A stretch of 64,000 nucleotides of DNA from Hyaloraphidium curvatum SAG 235-1 (taxonomy: Eukaryota > Fungi > Monoblepharomycota): the NCBI GenBank assembly GCA_025558095.1, contig JAIVFI010000039.1, positions 62,001 through 126,000 of the forward strand, written 5' to 3'. The notes below the pieces were generated by a model that worked only from the letters and a program-made list of their open reading frames with translations, had not been told where the DNA came from and ran no database searches. Of this stretch, positions 58,001 through 64,000 are shown one piece after another (position 1 is the stretch's first letter; each line of letters begins with the position of its first letter). The position numbers and the translations under genes are program-made.

Positions 58001-61000
58001 CACAGCACGTAATTTGGCGAAGCCATATATTGCATCGCAAAACCACGTGCTTTAGCGAAGCTATATGAGCGTAAGCCCGCTTAGAAGAACCACGACGCGT
58101 CGTTCACATAGGCACCAATGTATTCGTTGCGAAACGTAAACGTAATGGAGCACCAACCTCACTCACACGATAAGGAACCGGGTAGTAGACATGAAAGATC
58201 AGCACAGATGCGACTGCCAGATGAGCTGTGGTTGCAAATCATGAATAGTCTTGGGTTCGATGACAGAAAAACATTGGGAAAATGGTTGGGGTGGACGACA
58301 GTTCCTCGATTCAGAATCCAAGGCACTAATACACAAATAAAACGAGCAACACAGGAAATGGAAAAGGAAAGCAAAGGTAAGAATTTTAAAGTGAATGTTC
58401 TAATTGACCACAAAATACAAATCATTCGAGAGGTGCAAGAGCATTGCATGAAGACAAGAGTATGGTTTCTGGGAAGCAATATAAGGTTTGAGCTTTATCC
58501 TGAGTTGCCAGATGGTATATGGGTAGTTTGGGATGGGGACAGAGTATTGTTAAAGTATGAGTATTCAAATGTAAGTTGGAAAGATTTAGAACAAGTGCGT
58601 AAAAGGTTGAACTCAGTGTGTATGTAGTGAACATAAGTGAGTTTATTTTTTCCAAGCACAGCGGGAAGTCCGGGCAGGGAACGGGTCCGAGCAGAGTGCA
58701 AGAGAGCGAACGTCTGGGCGCTCCGCGGGAGGCAGGTTGCGGGGCGATGCGGAACCGATAGAGCTTCCGAGTCCGGCAAAACTCTGTCCCGTCTCAGAAG
58801 AACGCGTTTCGTGACCCCATTGCGCAACCACTGGGGGCTCGCTCTTGTTACCGCATCGCGTTCAGACGCCACCGCGCTTGAACGGGCACGTGGCGCTCCC
58901 ACGTCGCGCTCCGTGTTCCGAACGCACGGCGCGGCTTTCCCGTTTTCGCGCTTTGCGGTCTCGCGAACTTGTTCCCGCCGCAGAGCGGCGGCTCCCCCGG
59001 GCTCCAACGCCACCGCCTTTCCCCCAAACCACACGTGCTGGAACGCGCTACCTCGCACGGGACGCTGCGCTCCAGCCTCTGGCTTGCTCGGGGCTCTGAA
59101 CCCACAACGCGCCTTTCCCGCGCGCGCGCCGTGATACTGTGCTGCGCGGACCTTCGCTCCTCGGACGCCGCGCTCGGACCGGCCGAGGCTTCAATTGACC
59201 TTGAAAATGGGTGATGTTCGTTTGTTCTTCGCTTTTTTTCCTGTTCCCTATACCTTAATTACTATGAGTTCAGGTTGTGACACTCCGTCAATACCTTCTT
59301 CAAGTTCGCAACGTCGATCCTTCAGTGGAGCGTCGCCTACGAAAGAAGGTGTGAGCCTTGAGGATTTTGTGGCAAACTTTCTAAAGACTCCGGATGAACT
59401 CATTTATCCCCGACTCGTTTCAAAGCTTCGATACCGATGGTCTCAAGCATGCATTACGTATCTTGAGCAAAACCCCGACGCTGAGGTGCATATTCGCCGG
59501 AACCAGACTCAGTACACATCGGTTTTGCCTCGTGATTTTGCACATGAAAAAATGTCACCCTTTCTTGCTACCGCTGCCGATAGGGTTGTTGCAGATATTA
59601 GAGCATTGCTTAGACAAGAACTTGATCAAGTGGCTGCTCATAATGTGGATTTGGATTTGGGGCCAGAACAAGAAGGGACGGATCCAGATGATGATGAACC
59701 TTAGGCATAAGCAATATATGACTTCGTCAAGTCACGTAGTTGAAACGAAGTTTCATTGGCGAAGCCATGTGAGAAATGACTTCGTCAAATCACGTGGTTG
59801 CACGAAGTGCTATGAGGGAGCGGGGTAAGAGGTGGTGGGGGAAGAGGTGGTGGGGTACTCAGTGGTGGGGTAAGACAGGTGGGGTACTCAGTGGTGGGGT
59901 AAGACTGGTGGGGAAAAAGAGTGGTGAAGACACAAAATATGGCTTCGCCAAACCACTTTTCAAAAAAGTTGTCATCACTGTCATGAAATTCTTTGTGAAT
60001 TAGAAAACGACTAGGACCAAGTTGGGTTCTAGTCGATTTTGAGAAAAAGAAGCTAGAAGGAAAATGGTAAGAGATCTAGAAGTTGAAGCATGAAACAAAG
60101 CAAATAGTTAATTAGTCGATTTTGGAGGAAAAGGTGGCCTAAGTTGTTGTATAGGGTAGGACCTAGGTGAAACTTGAAAACGGGTTAAGTTTTTTTTCAA
60201 AATCGACTAATCGACTATCAGAGCCAAAATGAGGTATAAAATCGACTATACAAGCCAAGAAAACGACTATGAAAACGACTAGAATAGTTGGTTTTAGAAA
60301 AGGTAAGCAAGTTGCTAAGCACATTGCTTAGCAAGTAGGTGAGGGGACCGGCAAAGCAGGGGTCGGCAAGGCAGTGAGACAAGGACGCAAGCACAGACCG
60401 TGTAGCCAAGGTCCCCTAGTCTGCGGGGCCCTACGGCGAGCTTGCGAGCGCCCCGCACAGTCCACTCCCCCTCCCACTACCCCCTCCCATAGACAGGGTG
60501 TCCACAACGGGGGAGACGAACCTTCCAGTGGGAGAGTATCCGATCCAGAGGGTGCCGCACAACCGCGACAAACACGGCGTCCCCCGGGGACGGCAGCGGC
60601 GGGAGCTCCCACGGCTCCAGCGCCAGAAAGTCCACCCCCTTTTGCGCGGGGTCGAGAAACTCCGCGAGTCTCTGGGCGTCGGTGATGGGCTCCATTGGCC
60701 GCCAGAGGCAGTTGTCCGTTTGGTTTGTCCGGTACCCATTGGCCGCGGCCAAGGTGCAGACCGTGCTTCCCCCCGCCTTGTGGACGTGCGCAAAGACCAC
60801 ACGGTTGGACCGTAGCTTGGCGCGTCGTTCGGCGACCGCCCGCCCGGCCGCCAGCGCCGGCTCGTCGAACCCTGTCGGCCGCGGGCGAACCAGCCCGCCC
60901 GGCGGCCACGGCAGCGCCGGCGCGCACGGCTCCAGCGATGTCGGCAGCAGAAAGAGCGCCAGCCCCGTGAGCGCCAGCAGCAGCCGGCCCACGTTCGGGG

Positions 61001-61010
61001 AGGGCTGCAT
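52026..61010 (-). CDS. Golgi-type sulfotransferase-like protein, 314 aa; exons 61010-60522, 52537-52268, 52211-52026; intron 1 contains the 7.9-kb element
   Basis: N-terminal anchor, 5'-PSB FAHVHKAGGST, 3'-PB VRHPLDRILS, C-terminal NALDAELHAFA; all exon lengths are multiples of three. Confidence 0.8.
52562..53235 (+). repeat. Left terminal inverted repeat (674 bp)
   Basis: Reverse complement of 59816-60489; mirrored ORFs 52642-52833(+) and 60218-60409(-) translate identically; first mismatch at 53236/59815. Confidence 0.97.
53320..54744 (+). CDS. D5/P4-type superfamily 3 helicase (D5_N + ATPase), 5'-truncated, primase domain missing
   Basis: WYIFENHIW, LLPFKNGVYEL, Walker A GSGSNGKG, Walker B VLISE, motif C MVCN, Arg finger MRRRIKVIPF. 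In-frame TAG at 53293-53295 with no ATG before the domain starts. Confidence 0.9.
   Translation, partial: RVPKGEKSQQAWYIFENHIWNKVDSKSVSLQIKSEAYTRLFHTAERVYRGLQIQTDQERKQQEQKLKQIRNVIKSLQSAGTKRSITEEYATCCLKRDFLSLLNKKKNLLPFKNGVYELETSNFRAGQPEDYMTKSVRFDYDPLKMRDSAMLAELMKFLESVFPDASLRAWCMRYFGSFLAGYTRDQIFVFGHGSGSNGKGILLKLLEHVLGDFVAKIEASFLSETTKADSATPTLTSMVGARLVLISETVDGAKLNEQRFKALCGEDTLTYRELFSEMSSFVPDFKLFMVCNSLPIFNGSDWAMRRRIKVIPFMSTFKKLDENPDPTKNEYPLDSTLGERAPEWKYAMMHLLLEGYKEYKEHGLGPEPATLKAATQLYARTNNIYEEIRDNYLEKDASSGVTTEWFVNQVNKKWNDFYGESMKKPGKQKMYESIDVALLNEKQKTEKRRFGNPQRYGWKGWRRVKEAETTWMDI
54802..55302 (+). CDS. Element-borne protein with an F-box-like N-terminus
   Basis: EVLSEIAKHCDIDTRCKL; C-terminus resembles that of 58208-58627. 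Confidence 0.6.
   Translation: MFLHEVLSEIAKHCDIDTRCKLAEALLLEKNAFIVKLSPGNQGSITTDAFLKSHQAAITAKMKKRGQLKIHIECKFHVGILFKGKRVGMWYQANRMKCSVSWTNDFGEFDQMRFAAINKEDHDLTSWRYFVEGDMLCEYGSVNQTRQQLKEFEEQIESVESYMYGE
55307..55779 (-). pseudogene. PD-(D/E)xK (TnsA-like) endonuclease of the large-DNA-virus type, one frameshift at about 55468
   Basis: MQGFE...VPRVRY...YIPDFYI in one frame continues as IEVKSQYTY...NIAKKNAALATGFKFEYRVYDRFGNR in the next; adding one base gives 157 aa. Confidence 0.8.
55966..56568 (+). CDS. Element-borne hypothetical protein (200 aa)
   Basis: Intronless AT-rich ORF with the same purine-rich coding strand as its neighbours. Confidence 0.65.
   Translation: MFAMEEQTYKEETGLPAYTSRTYLVSFGHIKDDKSLSRAIVLAKHKEKGINSLELLEKETQELHEKLGIKSPQWEKRDKWFPWSELRELAEEAESKCWKVLGLRIAFYATRDDESYYQYSLLNAKVRNAKLQVDICPREEDQGHYKGHFSLILDFHRYKGIKREVRGYVKGKVPSNKVIQGKDRTKLVLEELTRVFQRVY
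56649..57005. promoter_or_regulatory. Cluster of C-GAA-G/C-TTC-G mini-hairpins and CACGTG-centred dyads
   Basis: 13 short inverted repeats around TTC or GAA; further clusters at 53241-53298, 57677-58063 and 59719-59810. Function unknown. Confidence 0.75.
56821..56893 (+). repeat. 73-bp exact direct repeat of 59757-59829 (entry into the right TIR), running into three 13-bp GGGAGCGGGGTAA units
   Basis: Direct comparison of the two segments. Confidence 0.9.
57417..57673 (+). pseudogene. 5'-truncated paralogue of ORF 59264-59704
   Basis: YLEQNPDAEVHIRRNRTQYASVLPRAFADEQMS versus YLEQNPDAEVHIRRNQTQYTSVLPRDFAHEKMS; homology starts abruptly at about 57418. Confidence 0.8.
57716..57800 (+). repeat. 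38-bp tandem repeat (about 2.2 copies) of the hairpin dyad unit
   Basis: GCAATATAGCACTTCGTGCAACCACGTGATTTTGCGAA occurs twice. Confidence 0.9.
58208..58627 (+). CDS. Element-borne F-box-like protein (alternative start 58118)
   Basis: MRLPDELWLQIMNSLGFDDRKTL matches the F-box LPxE(L)xxxI consensus. Confidence 0.7.
   Translation: MRLPDELWLQIMNSLGFDDRKTLGKWLGWTTVPRFRIQGTNTQIKRATQEMEKESKGKNFKVNVLIDHKIQIIREVQEHCMKTRVWFLGSNIRFELYPELPDGIWVVWDGDRVLLKYEYSNVSWKDLEQVRKRLNSVCM
59264..59704 (+). CDS. Element-borne hypothetical protein with an acidic tail
   Basis: Conserved in-element paralogue at 57417-57673 supports coding status. Confidence 0.7.
   Translation: MSSGCDTPSIPSSSSQRRSFSGASPTKEGVSLEDFVANFLKTPDELIYPRLVSKLRYRWSQACITYLEQNPDAEVHIRRNQTQYTSVLPRDFAHEKMSPFLATAADRVVADIRALLRQELDQVAAHNVDLDLGPEQEGTDPDDDEP
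59816..60489 (-). repeat. Right terminal inverted repeat (674 bp)
   Basis: Reverse complement of 52562-53235. Confidence 0.97.
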
Positions 61011-62116
61011 GAAAAGGGCGTTTCACAGCGGAGGAATATGGGAAACGCTCCGGCGGCGGCCTGCGCCCGCAACGAAACGCCAAAGGACGGCAACGCACCA
61101 AAATCAATGAATCCCACGGGAAACTCACCAGGTAGTGCGGCAAAGTGTGATTGAATATGCTCGTAATGTATTCCGCGGGTTTCCTGTTGGGCAAGCGCGC
61201 CAACCAAGATTGTCCGTTTTGCATGGCCGGCGGACCCTACGACGGCCAGTCGGCCCCCTAAATCAAAGGGCCAACCAACACAATGAAGTTCATGATGTCC
61301 AATTTCAAGAACGCGGCGGCGCCTAAGAATGAGGCCAAGCCGTGCCCGGGGCCTGCCGTTCCCGCGACACCCCCGCGATGGAGACAAATAGGTGGAACGC
61401 GCGCCACCTTCGTTGGGCGATTCGCGCGTGAAAGCGGGCAAGGCCACCTTTCTGCGGTGCTGGAGATCGGAACCTGGCCGGTAGGAGCCTGGGTGGAATG
61501 TTCGGGGGTGTGCACACAGAAGGTTCTGCTTTTCGTTGTGATGGGGATTCGACGAAAGATATACAAGGGGGCGCCGCTCGCCTGGCTCCTCTTCTCTGCG
61601 CCCCCAAGGAACCGAAACACCGGCACAGGCTACGACCACGTAGTCTTGGAAGGCTCCTGGGGCCCTGGAAGTCCAAGGTCGAGGAGTTCCGTGTCTCCAA
61701 GGTGATGTGCCTTGCCGATGCTTTCGTGCCCAAGGCAGGAGAATTGCACGGCCGTTGCGAGCTCGAAGGAGGTCGGCAAGTGGAGCACCGGCAAGCGGAG
61801 CAGACAGGTACACTCAAAGAGGCGACGCGGAGTTCCTCCTCATCTCCGCGGAGAAGAACGCGGTACGAGGCGTGCTCCAAAGACAAAATGAACGTGCCGC
61901 GAAGCGAGCGTGAACGATTTCCTGCAGGATTCGTGGGGTTTGGGAATCACCTTTTACGCGTGCGGGGCCCGGTGGCGGAGGTCGGCCGGCTCGTGAGTGG
62001 GTGACACTTTTCCGGCTTGCCTCCCCGCGCCGCACCCCAGCAAATCCCCTGCCGGCCCTCTCCGCCGGCCTTTCTCGAGCGTTCTCTTTCCCTTTCCTCC
62101 GTTCCCGCAGGCAGCC

Positions 62117-63436
62117 ATGTCGCGCCTCCTCACCCTCGCGGTGCTCGCGCTCCCCATCGCGTACCTCGCGCAGCCGGGCGCCCTCAGCTCCATTAAGCCC
62201 TTCCTCCGCCCCGCCCTGTCGCTGCTGCCCTTCTGGCACGGCATGCCGTTCGACCCCGCCGAGGTCGGTCGGCACGAGGACCTGCTTGCCGGGGAGCCGT
62301 TCGGCACCGAAGGGTGCGAGATGCGGTTCAAGGGCGTCGCGGACGCGTGCGAGGACGGGCAGGTGCACTACCCCTCGCACACGGCCATCTGGGCGTGCGG
62401 CACGATATACGGGAGGCAGCACTTCTGGCCGCCCTTCAGGCTGTACAACCGGACCTCGGGGAGGCAGCAGGACTACGTGGTCACGTACAACATGGAGACG
62501 AACAAGGTCCAGCGGCTCAAGACTCCCGGGTACAACGGGGAGCTCAACTTCCACGGGATGGGCATCTGGTATGCCCCGGACAAGCAGAACGAGGTCTACA
62601 TCTTCCTGGTCAACCACAAGTCGGAGCCCCAGTCGTGCATCACCATCTTCAAGCACACCATCGGCACGGACAGCATGGAATTCTTCCACGAGAACTGCGA
62701 CCCGCTGATTGTGTCGCCCAACGACGTGGCTCCCACCGGTCCCAAGAGCTTCTACATGGTTGGTTCCGTTGCTGGCCCGGCGCCATCAGGGCTGAGCATC
62801 TCCGGTCCCTGCGCCAAACAGGCCAACGCGCACCGGTTCAACGACCACGGCCGCGGGGGCCTCCAAGGTTTCCTCGCCCGCATCGAGAACGAGCTCGGCC
62901 AGTGGCAGTGGACCAACGTCATCTATTGCGACGGCACCAACCCCTGCCGCAAGGTCGCCGGCAACCACGTCGGCGCCAACGGCGTGCTCCTGGTCGGGGA
63001 CCTTCTCTACGTCGACGACTGGCAGGGCGCCTTCGTCGCGGTCTACAAACGCGAGAAGGACGACTCGCTCACGTTCCTGGAAAAGATTCCCCTGGGAAGC
63101 CCGATCGACAACCTCTCGTACGACCCCAAGGCCGACGCATTCCTCGGCGCCACGTTCCCCTCGGTTCCCCGCGCCACGGCGCACCTGTGGGCTCCCCGCG
63201 ACCACGTGCTGGTCCCCTTCACCATCACCCGGATCAAGCGGGCGGCGGACCCCGCGCCCGGAAAGACCAAGCACGAGGCCACCATCATCATGTACTCCGA
63301 CAAGATGACGGGATCCGTGTCGACGGCGCTGTCGGACGCGAGCATCGGCAAGTCGGTTGTGGGCGGGATCGTGAACGAGGGTCTGCTGGTGTGCGACAGG
63401 GCCCTGGCCGAGGACGTGAGTGCTTCGATGCCGTGA
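62117..63436 (+). CDS. Paraoxonase/arylesterase-like six-bladed beta-propeller (probable in-frame intron near 62760)
   Basis: ACED, NFHGMGI, FLVNH, SPNDVAP.GP.SFY, GANGV, IDNLS. Confidence 0.85.
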   Translation: MSRLLTLAVLALPIAYLAQPGALSSIKPFLRPALSLLPFWHGMPFDPAEVGRHEDLLAGEPFGTEGCEMRFKGVADACEDGQVHYPSHTAIWACGTIYGRQHFWPPFRLYNRTSGRQQDYVVTYNMETNKVQRLKTPGYNGELNFHGMGIWYAPDKQNEVYIFLVNHKSEPQSCITIFKHTIGTDSMEFFHENCDPLIVSPNDVAPTGPKSFYMVGSVAGPAPSGLSISGPCAKQANAHRFNDHGRGGLQGFLARIENELGQWQWTNVIYCDGTNPCRKVAGNHVGANGVLLVGDLLYVDDWQGAFVAVYKREKDDSLTFLEKIPLGSPIDNLSYDPKADAFLGATFPSVPRATAHLWAPRDHVLVPFTITRIKRAADPAPGKTKHEATIIMYSDKMTGSVSTALSDASIGKSVVGGIVNEGLLVCDRALAEDVSASMP

Positions 63437-64000
63437 GCTTGAGGGATGCGATGGGCTGACTCAGTTGCGGCCGGCAGGTGAACGGGATCCCGGCGTAACA
63501 GGGCGGACGAGGGAGGCGGGTTTCGGGACAGTTTTGGGACTGCGGACCGATGAGTGGAGCCGGAACAAATGAAAAATGGCAGGATGTATCGCGCGCGAAG
63601 AAGAATCGTTGCCTTGAGCATGCAGCCTAGCCCTCCGCGTGAGGACCTATCCGTGTTGGCGCTCGCGCCAGTCAGAGACCCACGGTCGTGCGCGCCACCT
63701 CGCATTGCGTTGTTCCCAACACCCCGGCATACCAACGGGCCCGCGATTGCACTTGTGCGATCGACGGAGAGTTCGGATAGAAGGTGTAGGGACTGAGGGC
63801 ACATCGCTCTTGGCCGGGACTCCAAGGTGGGCGAATGTAGCCGCGCAAAAGCCTTGATTCAAGAATCCTTGAGTACTGGTGGTGGCCGAAAATGTTCTAA
63901 AGGAATTCATCGTCGTAGAAGCTCCAGACCGCCACCGCCGTCCACGCGACCGCCGCGAGCACGATCTCGACCGCGTACGCGACCAGCGCCCTCCCGACCG

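Larger units (their letters stand above)
52562..60489. mobile_element. 7,928-bp AT-rich virus-like DNA element with long TIRs (non-autonomous; Polinton-like-virus/transpoviron-like organisation)
   Basis: Perfect TIRs, TG...CA ends, TAGAC duplicated at 52557-52561 and 60490-60494, marked GC drop, intronless virus-type ORFs. Confidence 0.95.

Noticed and set aside
56649-58063. CRISPR array
   Set aside because: The repeats are short variable hairpins with no constant repeat plus unique spacer periodicity, there are no cas genes, and the context is eukaryotic.
52562-60489. LTR retrotransposon (TG...CA ends, 5-bp TSD)
   Set aside because: The terminal repeats are inverted, not direct, and there is no gag, RT or integrase.
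52562-60489. Bacterial or phage contamination, or a chimeric join
   Set aside because: Exact TSD on both sides, and the flanks rejoin into one host intron and gene.
61258-62004. Several 120-190 aa ORFs between the sulfotransferase and paraoxonase genes
   Set aside because: No recognisable domain or consistent codon bias; probably intergenic or a degenerate fragment.

Overview
GC-rich eukaryotic DNA. Short GT-AG introns with CTRAC branch points, a Zn2Cys6 transcription factor and a CE4 chitin deacetylase point to a fungus, probably an early-diverging chytrid or monoblepharid (inference). Bases 1-52.5 kb and 60.5-64 kb are densely packed host genes: four MYND-finger proteins, F-box proteins, a Set3-like PHD/SET protein, two GSTs, several intronless bacterial-type enzymes, and a 7-TM membrane protein family. 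One copy of that family sits in a 2,759-bp-offset tandem duplication together with a sulfotransferase 3' end. The outstanding feature is an AT-rich 7,928-bp insertion (52562-60489) with perfect 674-bp terminal inverted repeats, TG...CA ends and a TAGAC target-site duplication, sitting inside a 51-nt intron of a sulfotransferase-like gene. It carries virus-like genes: a 5'-truncated D5/P4-type SF3 helicase, a frameshifted PD-(D/E)xK nuclease, two F-box-like paralogues and orphans. No integrase, polymerase or capsid was recognisable. It also carries iteron-like arrays, an apparent relic internal end from a sister element, and more than 30 C-GAA-G triloop mini-hairpins whose stems vary but always pair, many arranged as CTTCG-N6/7-CACGTG-N6/7-CGAAG dyads. 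All family assignments are by motif recognition only; no database searches were run.
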